Shown: positions 8,520-16,625 of the stretch, in pieces
Numbering within the stretch: position 1 is the first letter of the stretch
Layout: every line of letters starts with the position of its first letter
Virus record (IMG/VR): IMGVR_UViG_3300016265_000497
Span: 1-26,248 of that record
Direction: 5' to 3' (one strand)
Length of the DNA: 26,248 bases
Source: a virus
Lineage: Duplodnaviria; Caudoviricetes
The notes under the pieces: model-generated
Database searches by the model: none
Seen by the model: only the letters and a program-made list of their open reading frames with translations
What the model was told of the DNA's origin: nothing
Program-made: the position numbers and the translations under genes

Positions 8520-9062
8520 ATGCAGAAGAAAACAATTGTGTACATAGACTTGGATGGGGTGATGGTCGATCTCTATCCATCTTTATGGGAGAAGATGCAG
8601 TTTCGCTTTCCCGAGAATCAAGCAGAGAATCGAGCCGAGATCGATGCAATGTGGATGCGACTAGCAAAAGAACATCCGAGATTTTGGGTCAATCTTCAAC
8701 CCATGTCGTATGCCAAAGAACTCTTTGCAAAGATTCTTGACCTCGATCCAAACCCCTATGTGCTGAGTGCAACTCCACAACCGTACAAGCTACACGAGCA
8801 TGAAAATTGCGCTCTACAAAAAGTGCAGTGGGTATGCGATCACTTGACGCCTGATCTGCGATATCGTACAATCATCACGAAATCGAAACTCAAACAAGAG
8901 CAAGTGAATAGGGATCCGTTTGCGGCTAGAAAGATTCTCATCGATGATCATCCTGGTAACATTAGGCGCTGGATCGCCGCTGGTGGCATTGGAGTGCATC
9001 ACACTGACATCAACAAAACTCTTGAACAACTGGAAGAACTGAAACAAAATGATCGTTATTGA
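8520..9062 (+). CDS. HAD-family 5'(3')-deoxyribonucleotidase
   Basis: DLDGV motif I, LSAT, K.QWV, LIDD motif IV, W..AGG.G. Confidence 0.9.
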   Translation: MQKKTIVYIDLDGVMVDLYPSLWEKMQFRFPENQAENRAEIDAMWMRLAKEHPRFWVNLQPMSYAKELFAKILDLDPNPYVLSATPQPYKLHEHENCALQKVQWVCDHLTPDLRYRTIITKSKLKQEQVNRDPFAARKILIDDHPGNIRRWIAAGGIGVHHTDINKTLEQLEELKQNDRY

Positions 9063-9954
9063 CTATAGCGGTGTTGCAATTGCTGCAATCACTGGATTTA
9101 AAGAAGACTTGCAGCGCGACGAAGCACATGTTGCTAATCTGATTCGACATGTCGTTCTATCGACTATCAAGAACTATAAGAAAAAGTTCAAGAAAGAATA
9201 TGGCAATGAGTTGATCATTGCTGTTGACTCGGCGCCGTACTGGCGCAAATCAATCTTTCCTCACTACAAAGCAAAACGAAAGAAGGCACGAGAAGAGTCT
9301 GATATTCCATGGGATCTGATCCACAAGTACATGCGACTAGTGCTAGAAGACATCAGAGAGCATTTTCCATGGAAAGTCATTGCTGTTCCTAGTGCAGAAG
9401 CAGATGACATCATGGCAGTGATGGCACAAGACATTGCTGTTCGGAATGGCAAGTCTGATAATCTTCTCGATACAGAAGATGCGCCAGAGAAGACTGTCAT
9501 CATCAGCAGCGACAAAGATTTGAAGCAGTTGATGACTCATCCAAACATTCGCTGCTGGTCTCCATACCAAGAAGCATATGCAAAGCTTGATGTATCGGTT
9601 AAACAGTTTCTGCGTCGATTGATTCTGACTGGCGATAGCGGCGACGGAATCCCAAATTGTTGGTCGCCAGAAGACTCTTTCGTGACTGGTATTCGTCAGA
9701 AGCCCGCGACAGAGAAGAAGATGCAGCCATTGCTTGAAGCTGCAAATATGCTTGAAGCAACAGATGATGAAACAATCAAGCAACGCATTCTGATGAACTC
9801 TCGACTCATTGCATTCAGTGGCATTCCAAAAGACTTGCGTCAACAGATCATCGATGCTTACTCGATTGAACCAACTGGATCGAAGATGAAGATTCTCAAG
9901 TATTTCGCCAAGAACGACATGAAACGAATGCTAGATGACATCGAAGACTTCTAA
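9049..9954 (+). CDS. rnh: T4-type RNase H / 5'-3' flap exonuclease
   Basis: IDYS, YWRK..FPHYKAKR, EADD, SSDKD, GDSGDGIPN and the acidic C-terminus ...DDIEDF. Confidence 0.95.
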   Translation: MIVIDYSGVAIAAITGFKEDLQRDEAHVANLIRHVVLSTIKNYKKKFKKEYGNELIIAVDSAPYWRKSIFPHYKAKRKKAREESDIPWDLIHKYMRLVLEDIREHFPWKVIAVPSAEADDIMAVMAQDIAVRNGKSDNLLDTEDAPEKTVIISSDKDLKQLMTHPNIRCWSPYQEAYAKLDVSVKQFLRRLILTGDSGDGIPNCWSPEDSFVTGIRQKPATEKKMQPLLEAANMLEATDDETIKQRILMNSRLIAFSGIPKDLRQQIIDAYSIEPTGSKMKILKYFAKNDMKRMLDDIEDF

Positions 9955-9964
9955 GTAAACAAAG

Positions 9965-9996
9965 TGGGATCATCAGCAATGAATGATCCCATTTTT
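9965..9996 (+). terminator. intrinsic terminator after rnh
   Basis: TGGGATCAT/ATGATCCCA 9-bp stem followed by TTTTT. Confidence 0.7.
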
Positions 9997-10013
9997 AATG
10001 GGAGGAACAAATA

Positions 10014-11324
10014 ATGTATATTACAGTAAGAACAAAATTTCTGATAGCAACTGCGTTTGCAATACTCTGGTCGATTCTGTCTTTGTATTTGGCAGAACAC
10101 TGGATTGCCGATATCACTGAGTTGAGTCATGCATTGATTGCATGGTTTGTCGTTTTTGGTATCGCAATTATTCCTGGATTCATGAATGCATTTCTTGTTG
10201 CATCGCTGTTACTTGATAAGCGTCCACGAAGGAGAGAGTTTGCATCAGAACAATATCCAGCGATCACAATTTTGATTGCGGCATACAATGAAGAAACCAA
10301 TATCAAATCTACGCTAGATTCAATCTATCGTCAACACTATCATGGCGAAATGAAAGTGATTGTCGTCAATGATGGTTCTTCAGATGGTACTATGGCTGTT
10401 CTGAGATCGATTGAATCGAAGTATCCATGGCTAACGATTATTGATCTCAAGCGTAATCAAGGCAAGTCTGCTGCACTGAATCATGCGCTTGCACTCGTTG
10501 ATACAGAACTAACAATCACAATCGATGGCGATTCATATCTGTACAAAGATGCACTGAGGCGACTTGTTGAGCGATATATGTCTGATCCAAGTCACACTGT
10601 TGCTGTTGCTGGCGCAGTTCTAGTTCGAAACAGTCGAAAGAACATAGTTACAAAGGCTCAGGAGTGGGACTACTTTCATGGAATTGCGGCAATCAAGCGA
10701 CTGCAAAGTCTTTATCAAGGAACTCTTGTTGCTCAAGGTGCATTCAGTCTCTATAGAACATCTGTGTTGCGTGAGTTGAATGGATGGGCACACTGCGTTG
10801 GTGAAGACATCGTACTCACATGGGCAATGCTTGAGCAAGGACATCGTGTTGGATTTGCAGAAGATGCTGTTCTGTTCACCAACGCGCCAGAGACTTGGCG
10901 ACAGTTCTTCAATCAAAGACTTCGCTGGAGCAGAGGTCTTATCGAAGCATTCAAGTCTCATTGGAGACTCTTGTTCAAAGCGAGAATGACAACGATGTTC
11001 ATCTGGTGGAATCTGCTATTCCCTTATATGGATATTGCATATACGTTTGCATTCATTCCTGGCATCGTGCTTGCTCTATTTGGTATCTATTGGATTGCTG
11101 GTCCAATGACGCTGATTCTTTTGCCGCTTGCATTTATTGTGAACTACATCATGTTCAGAGTTCAAGCAAAAATGTTTATCGAACAAGGACTCAGAGTTCG
11201 TCGTAACATCACTGGATTCATCTTCTATGCATTTCTATACAGTATGATATTACAACCAGCCTGTGTGTTTGGTTACATCAAAGAGTTTTTCATGGGATCA
11301 GTTAAGAATTGGGGTACAAAATGA
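10014..11324 (+). CDS. processive GT2 membrane glycosyltransferase (PgaC/IcaA/NodC-like glycan synthase)
   Basis: N-terminal TM helices, AYNEE, NDGSSD, GK..ALN, DGD, GED, QRLRW (D,D,D,QxxRW) and C-terminal TM helices. Confidence 0.92.
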   Translation: MYITVRTKFLIATAFAILWSILSLYLAEHWIADITELSHALIAWFVVFGIAIIPGFMNAFLVASLLLDKRPRRREFASEQYPAITILIAAYNEETNIKSTLDSIYRQHYHGEMKVIVVNDGSSDGTMAVLRSIESKYPWLTIIDLKRNQGKSAALNHALALVDTELTITIDGDSYLYKDALRRLVERYMSDPSHTVAVAGAVLVRNSRKNIVTKAQEWDYFHGIAAIKRLQSLYQGTLVAQGAFSLYRTSVLRELNGWAHCVGEDIVLTWAMLEQGHRVGFAEDAVLFTNAPETWRQFFNQRLRWSRGLIEAFKSHWRLLFKARMTTMFIWWNLLFPYMDIAYTFAFIPGIVLALFGIYWIAGPMTLILLPLAFIVNYIMFRVQAKMFIEQGLRVRRNITGFIFYAFLYSMILQPACVFGYIKEFFMGSVKNWGTK

Positions 11325-12139
11325 AGAAAGTCATTTTAGCAACAGCTTGTTGCTCAATTAACGTTGCATTTGCAGATATCAATACTCAGGTGTTTCAGTC
11401 ACATGATACCGAGAACATGCAAGTCACGCAACAGATAGTTTCTGTTGATTCTGTTCGAGTTGCAGCAACAGATTATGCTGGACCATCCAGTAGACACTCT
11501 GCATCGTCTATTGCATATAACTCAAAAGATGGCTATGTTGGTCTTGGTAGTACAGCATCAAAGACATATCTTGTTGCAGACATAGCAAAGACGATCAAGA
11601 TTGACTCTGATACTGATCTGAGCATTGGGCTTGCTGCTGACCTTGTTGATTCAGAGACATCACTGAACAAAGGCATTACCTATACTGGTGGCTATGCAAC
11701 AGTTGATGCTAGAACTTCATTCGGTGGGTTTGTTCTGAGTCCAAGAACGTTCCAATACTCAAACGGAAATACTCAGATTGGTCTGAACACAAAGCTGTAT
11801 GCAGATGTCGTTGATGGAATGAATGTCTACATCAACACAAGACACTTTGAGAATAGCAAGCCCATGAATGGTGACTTCTATTCACCAAAGTCCTTTGGAA
11901 GAGTCAATCTTGGTATTGGATTCAGGCAACGAGTGTTTGATACGATGATTGCATCTGGATTCGTTGAGACTGGCGTGATCGATGCAGACTCAGTGACTTC
12001 TCGTGCATCTGCATGGCGACTCGCAGTTGAGCGTCCAAGATCAGACTCGGTGACATTTGGACTTGCTGTTGGTAGCGACACGACACGCCAGGCATATCGA
12101 TATGACTATGTAAGACTCTATGTGAACTTCAAGTTGTGA
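11321..12139 (+). CDS. putative outer-membrane beta-barrel protein
   Basis: Signal peptide MKK...AFA, alternating amphipathic strands, C-terminal YVRLYVNFKL resembling a beta-signal. ATGA overlap with the GT2 stop. Confidence 0.7.
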   Translation: MKKVILATACCSINVAFADINTQVFQSHDTENMQVTQQIVSVDSVRVAATDYAGPSSRHSASSIAYNSKDGYVGLGSTASKTYLVADIAKTIKIDSDTDLSIGLAADLVDSETSLNKGITYTGGYATVDARTSFGGFVLSPRTFQYSNGNTQIGLNTKLYADVVDGMNVYINTRHFENSKPMNGDFYSPKSFGRVNLGIGFRQRVFDTMIASGFVETGVIDADSVTSRASAWRLAVERPRSDSVTFGLAVGSDTTRQAYRYDYVRLYVNFKL

Positions 12140-12145
12140 GATGTA

Positions 12146-12596
12146 CCCGTACTCACGGCACATTGATTGAGTCTTGTGGACTTCAGGTATTGAAGATGGA
12201 ATAGATATGATCTTGAAAAGAAATGAAGCAGTAGCGAGTCGTCGCCAGACGACAAGCTTGTCACGAACGAAGTGAGTGACTAAAGAGACTTAATTGAAGT
12301 AATATTGTTTCAATGAGTCTCTATGTTGTCTTAGTGTATATTTTTTAACTTAATACAGCTTATAAATTTGTTCAATTAGACTCTATGTTATAGGATTGTT
12401 TAGGATTGAAACTTAACTGATATTCAATGAGTTTCTGTAGACGCTACGCTGGCGCTTCGCGTCAAGTCGCAGTCTTCGACTGCTCCTTATGCGCTATAAT
12501 GAAAGGTGACGCTTTGTATCTATAGACTTATACGTTATAAGCGTCACCTCAAACTGATGAAATTTCAAGATGTATGCTATACTACGTGAGTACGGG
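12146..12596. other. structured non-coding element bounded by a perfect 12-bp inverted repeat (candidate origin or large ncRNA)
   Basis: CCCGTACTCACG (12146-12157) and CGTGAGTACGGG (12585-12596). Nested ATCTTGAAA (12210-12218) and TTTCAAGAT (12563-12571). At least five internal hairpins. No ORF in the track. Confidence 0.65.
12284..12438. repeat. iteron-like imperfect repeats in an AT-rich tract
   Basis: TTCAATGAGTCTCTATGTT (12309), TTCAATTAGACTCTATGTT (12371), TTCAATGAGTTTCTGT (12423) and an inverted copy at 12284-12298. Confidence 0.7.
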
Positions 12597-12626
12597 ATAG
12601 TACAAAACGACAAAATGAGGTTTTTA

Positions 12627-12737
12627 CTAAATAAATTTGTATAGTCCTCAACATGATTGATTTTCCATAGTCTTCCCTGGCCAAGGGTTTATAGTTTGTC
12701 GATCATGCTGAGGACGTACCTTCTGTTGGCCCAGAAG
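12627..12737 (+). promoter_or_regulatory. CTAAATA late-promoter-like motif and structured 5' leader with loop-loop complementarity
   Basis: CTAAATA 12627-12633. 17-nt stem 12644-12660/12699-12715. GGCCAA (12679-12684) is complementary to the TTGGCC loop (12726-12731) of hairpin CTTCTG/CAGAAG. Confidence 0.55.
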
Positions 12738-12770
12738 TAAAATTCAAACAAAAGACTTAGGAAACAAACA

Positions 12771-14270
12771 ATGTATAGCAAAAATCCACTTGGTGCAGCC
12801 GTATCTTCTTTAAAAGCTGGTGGCGGCAAGACGCTCAATATTATTCTTCAAGCTTTCTTAAAACAGAAAGCAAATACTCCACCGATTATCTCTGTTCCTA
12901 GCATTTTTCTACAGGAAGAGTATCGAGTTCGTCTTATTTCTGCTGGACTGAATGATAGTGAGATCGTGATTATCAATTCGACTACAGTAGATCAACATGA
13001 ATCTGTATCTCGAAAATTCTTTCAAACTCTTCCACTGAATAAAACAATAATTATTACGCACGAAGCATTGAAGCTGATTGATCATCGCTCTTCTAATAAA
13101 GCATTATATGCAAATCGAGATTTGTTAATCGATGAAGCATTTGATCCAATCAGTATGACTGAGCTAACAGTAACAACTAATTCCGATGGTGTTCCTGGTA
13201 TCAGACATATTGATTGGAAACGTTGGTTGAATCCAACTGGTGTTATTGTTGATGGATTTGTCGAGCTTATGCCATGCAAAGGTCATTGTTATAACGACAT
13301 CTATAACATGACAAAAATCAAAACTATTGAAAATAGAAACTACAAACTCTATATCAGCGAATCTAACTGGAACTCTCTACTTGCAAACAATGCTCAGAAA
13401 ATAAATATTTTTGGATTATATGATATAAACATACTTGCACAATTCAAAAGTATTTCTATATCATCTGCTGCGTTTCATACGACAACGCTTGGGATTTTTT
13501 TGAAAAATTCTGGCGTGAATCTAAATCTTACACATGCGTATGAAAAGCATGATGAGAAGATTATCTTTCATCTTGCCAAAATTAATAACGAACTGTACTC
13601 ACATTCAAAGGGAGCAATAGCAGAACATCACGAACGAGTTGAAACTTTTAGAAATTATGTCGCTAAAACTCTACAAGATCGTGAATCTTTGCTGTTAAGA
13701 AATATTTCAGATACAACGAGTCTTCCATACAGTCGGTATCATCAGATAAGCAACAACTGTCATGGTATAAACTCATTTCGGCACATTGACGCTATATCAA
13801 TTGAATGTGCATATAATGCGAACAACAATCAGATTTCATTCATGCAAAGTATTATGAAATTTACTCGTGAACAGTCTGTTTTGGTGATTGCTGCGAACAC
13901 GTTTTATCAGTGTATTCTGAGAACTTGTATTCGTGACAAATCAAACACAAAACCAGTTGATGTTTTCTTGTTGGATTCAAAAGTGTTTCCACATCTTGTA
14001 AAACACTACTTCAATAATTATGAAATCAAAGATATCAATATAGGAAATTTTGATACTCGACATAGAGAAGAATCTCTTTCATCCGACCACATCAAAATCA
14101 AACAATTCATCGAAAATACTGCTTCGGGTGAATACAAAGCATCAACACTATATGATAGTTTTGTGACAAAAACTGGTTCTACGACGAGCATCAGGAAGTT
14201 TGCCCTGTCATTGAGCGATCTTGGTTTAGCAAAACGACACACAAAATATGGCAAAATATATCGAGTGTGA
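12771..14270 (+). CDS. SF2 helicase-like P-loop protein with C-terminal winged-helix-like domain (candidate origin-binding protein)
   Basis: AGGGKT Walker A, VPS motif Ia, ITH, LLIDE Walker B, YQCILRTCIRD motif VI-like. Basic C-terminus LYDSF...SIRKFALSLSDLG...YRV. AT-rich. Confidence 0.75.
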   Translation: MYSKNPLGAAVSSLKAGGGKTLNIILQAFLKQKANTPPIISVPSIFLQEEYRVRLISAGLNDSEIVIINSTTVDQHESVSRKFFQTLPLNKTIIITHEALKLIDHRSSNKALYANRDLLIDEAFDPISMTELTVTTNSDGVPGIRHIDWKRWLNPTGVIVDGFVELMPCKGHCYNDIYNMTKIKTIENRNYKLYISESNWNSLLANNAQKINIFGLYDINILAQFKSISISSAAFHTTTLGIFLKNSGVNLNLTHAYEKHDEKIIFHLAKINNELYSHSKGAIAEHHERVETFRNYVAKTLQDRESLLLRNISDTTSLPYSRYHQISNNCHGINSFRHIDAISIECAYNANNNQISFMQSIMKFTREQSVLVIAANTFYQCILRTCIRDKSNTKPVDVFLLDSKVFPHLVKHYFNNYEIKDINIGNFDTRHREESLSSDHIKIKQFIENTASGEYKASTLYDSFVTKTGSTTSIRKFALSLSDLGLAKRHTKYGKIYRV

Positions 14271-14350
14271 TCGCTGAATTATGTTATAGTATAGAGCTAT
14301 GTCTTGTACTCATCAACATAGCTGATAACATTTCCATATATTAGACGATT

Positions 14351-14602
14351 ATGAACAAATCTAAACTTCAAACAGTCAGCGTATTAGCAAATGAAACTTA
14401 TAATTCAAGCGTAATTTTTCATGTACCAACACTAAACGGTAAACTCTGGCAACGACAGACTCCAAACAATGCAGAAATTGATATGTTTCGATCACATGTT
14501 AATCGGACTCTTGGTGATCGAAAATATCTTGTTATCACTTCGGATGTTTCTTCTCTTGGTAAAAACGCTAAAACTATACAGATTGCCGAGGCTACTGGAT
14601 GA
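14351..14602 (+). CDS. hypothetical protein
   Basis: 83 aa ORF, AT-rich. Confidence 0.6.
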   Translation: MNKSKLQTVSVLANETYNSSVIFHVPTLNGKLWQRQTPNNAEIDMFRSHVNRTLGDRKYLVITSDVSSLGKNAKTIQIAEATG

Positions 14603-14620
14603 ATTGGTAGACTAACAGCA

Positions 14621-14890
14621 ATGTCATTCGATGACACTATTTTTGATATGCCAGAAGTTGGAATGCAAGATTTCATGCAAAGTGTTCTTGGAATGTCAAG
14701 TAATGAAATTAAAACAGTTAGTATATTGGATCAATACTATCAGAATATCAGAAAAACATCAATTGTAAACAAAAAAAGTAAAACGTCAGTTGATGTGTTC
14801 ATGTTTGACGGTTTAACTGCATTAGCAATCATCAGTATGAATGTTTTCAATGCAAAAATGAAGACTTTTGAACTTGGCGAAGTGTCGTAA
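14621..14890 (+). CDS. hypothetical protein
   Basis: 89 aa ORF, AT-rich. Confidence 0.65.
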   Translation: MSFDDTIFDMPEVGMQDFMQSVLGMSSNEIKTVSILDQYYQNIRKTSIVNKKSKTSVDVFMFDGLTALAIISMNVFNAKMKTFELGEVS

Positions 14891-14907
14891 AAATTTTCTG
14901 ACCCCGC

Positions 14908-14936
14908 TTGTACAGTACCAAAACTCCAGCTACAAT
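14908..14936 (+). promoter_or_regulatory. sigma70 promoter
   Basis: TTGTAC, 17 bp, TACAAT, with upstream AAAAATTTT as at position 206. Confidence 0.8.
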
Positions 14937-15004
14937 ATCTTCATGTTGATTGATGATCCTAGATCGACATGCAAACCAACCTGGATCACAAGGAACCCTA
15001 TACC

Positions 15005-15241
15005 ATGGCTAAGAAGACTGTTGGCAAAGAAGTTCGTTTCCTGAATGCACTGATGTCTGGCAAAGTCATCTCGCGCAAGCAAGCTCGTGCCAACTACCGA
15101 CTCGGTAATCCTAGCGCAACTGTTCTGCGAATCGAAGAAGCTGGCTTCAAGTTGAATCGCTTCTACTCGAAGACTAAGATTCGTGTGAATGGCAAACCTT
15201 TCTTCACTCGCACTGTCAAGTACAGCATTGACATCGAATGA
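15005..15241 (+). CDS. small basic winged-helix DNA-binding protein
   Basis: AAGGA SD then MAKKTVGKE. Pattern LNAL.SG..IS.KQA...Y.LGNP.ATV.RI..AGF...KY. Confidence 0.75.
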   Translation: MAKKTVGKEVRFLNALMSGKVISRKQARANYRLGNPSATVLRIEEAGFKLNRFYSKTKIRVNGKPFFTRTVKYSIDIE

Positions 15242-15275
15242 GCGCGAATAACACTTCTGAAGTGTAAATAAAAAG

Positions 15276-15321
15276 AATGCCGGTAAGCATAGACTGTGAA
15301 TCTGCTTACCGGCATTTCTTT
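15276..15321 (+). terminator. intrinsic (probably bidirectional) terminator
   Basis: AATGCCGGTAAGCA/TGCTTACCGGCATT 14-bp stem flanked by A and T tracts. Confidence 0.75.
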
Positions 15322-15344
15322 AACAACATCAACAGGAGTATTTA

Positions 15345-16064
15345 GTGCGTAAAGATAAAGTTTACTGGACATATCTAACACAATCGTTGCTTGAGAGTTT
15401 TCAGTATCTGGACGAAGCGAATCGTAAGTTCATGTCATACAATTTGCATTATCAGATTGCAAATAATATGGCTCACTCTGGCGAGAATGCAGAATCGATT
15501 CATTCTCACCTGAGTAACATGATTGATCCATCACATCATGTTTCTGCATATTCACATTGGTATGAATATGGTGGCGAAGCACCAGTGATTTCTTATCTGA
15601 GAAACATTGCAAAGCATCACTTCGATATGGGAAATACAGTCAAGCATCCAGAGATTGATGAAGTTCCTATGCATAAATCAATGATTCATCCTGCCGCGAT
15701 TGATGTCATGCAGCGAATACATGACATAGCAAAGGAAGTTCATCGAGAGAAGCTTCCAGAGACAATTACTATCTATCGAGGCGTTGGTCTTCCAGAGAAA
15801 GTAACTGATTATAATCCATATGTGCCACACGCACTTGAGAGTTGGACAACTGACATCAACACTGCGCGAGATTTTTCTGGAATGTCACATATCAAGGGTG
15901 CTATTCCGCATGTGTTGAAAGCAAGTGTTCATAGGGATGACATTCTGCTGTCACATCATATGCGAGACAGATTGCCGTTCATTCCAGCAGAACATGAACT
16001 TGAAGGTAAAGAAGAGATCGTGCCACTTGGACATAAGATTAAAAACATTGAAAGGATTGAATAA
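15345..16064 (+). CDS. putative ADP-ribosyltransferase-fold protein (R-S-E type)
   Basis: AGGAG SD and GTG start. IYRGV, ESWTTD..TA..F and C-terminal KEEIV correspond to the three ART catalytic strands. Confidence 0.65.
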   Translation: MRKDKVYWTYLTQSLLESFQYLDEANRKFMSYNLHYQIANNMAHSGENAESIHSHLSNMIDPSHHVSAYSHWYEYGGEAPVISYLRNIAKHHFDMGNTVKHPEIDEVPMHKSMIHPAAIDVMQRIHDIAKEVHREKLPETITIYRGVGLPEKVTDYNPYVPHALESWTTDINTARDFSGMSHIKGAIPHVLKASVHRDDILLSHHMRDRLPFIPAEHELEGKEEIVPLGHKIKNIERIE

Positions 16065-16612
16065 TGGACTTTGAAGAATTTATGCATACTCGCACTCAGC
16101 AGATTCCTGATAAGAAATGTGATCGCCCTCTGCGAATAGGTGTAGTTGGATATCTTGATGACAAGAAAGTGGATGAGTTTCTGAAGTCTCGTGAGTGGAC
16201 ACGAAACAATCTTGCTTGGTCTTTGTCCAACATGCAACGCCTATTACAATACATTCATGGTCATTGCGATCAATTCGAACTTGTGTCTGGACTGACTAAT
16301 ATTGGTGTACCGGCAATCGCATATGACTTTGTTACGCACGGCAACACAAACAAAGATCGATTCGTCAAGACTGTTGGATTTGCTTGCTCTAAAGCAAAAG
16401 ACTTTCCACAGTTTCCAGTTGATGAAAAGCACATCATTGGTGATGAGTGGGGCGATGAGTCTGCTGCTTTTCTCGACTACATCGATGCTCTTGTTCGTAT
16501 TGGTAACGGCAATCAATCGATTCGAGAATGTGAGATGTTCAAAAAGTTGTATCCAGAGAAACCAATCGAAGAGATTGATGATAAAATCATCGCTCAATGG
16601 TCAAAATCTTAA
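16064..16612 (+). CDS. SLOG-superfamily (Smf/DprA-LOG-like) nucleotide-binding protein
   Basis: IGVVG, LVSGLTNIGVP.IAY, TVG, GDES..FL..ID.LVRIG.G.QS..E. Confidence 0.7.
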   Translation: MDFEEFMHTRTQQIPDKKCDRPLRIGVVGYLDDKKVDEFLKSREWTRNNLAWSLSNMQRLLQYIHGHCDQFELVSGLTNIGVPAIAYDFVTHGNTNKDRFVKTVGFACSKAKDFPQFPVDEKHIIGDEWGDESAAFLDYIDALVRIGNGNQSIRECEMFKKLYPEKPIEEIDDKIIAQWSKS

Positions 16613-16625
16613 TTTTGGAGTCTGA

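Noticed and set aside
12284-12438. CRISPR mini-array
   Set aside because: Repeats are short and degenerate, one is inverted, spacing is uneven, and there are no cas genes in the window.
12495-12566. Hammerhead-like arrangement GAAA-stem-UC...CUGAUGA
   Set aside because: Only AAA lies between the putative cleavage site and CUGAUGA (no stem I), and stem II cannot form beyond one pair.
12146-12596. Retron msr-msd or IS/MITE suggested by the terminal IR
   Set aside because: No reverse transcriptase or transposase in the window and no evident target-site duplication; kept as an unexplained structured element.
14943-15044. Leaderless 33-codon ORF 6 nt after TACAAT, overlapping the wHTH gene
   Set aside because: No recognisable features; the SD-led ATG at 15005 explains the transcript.
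15264-15270. GTAAATA as late promoter for the ART gene
   Set aside because: It lies upstream of the strong 15276-15316 hairpin in an A-rich tract and may be chance; not called.
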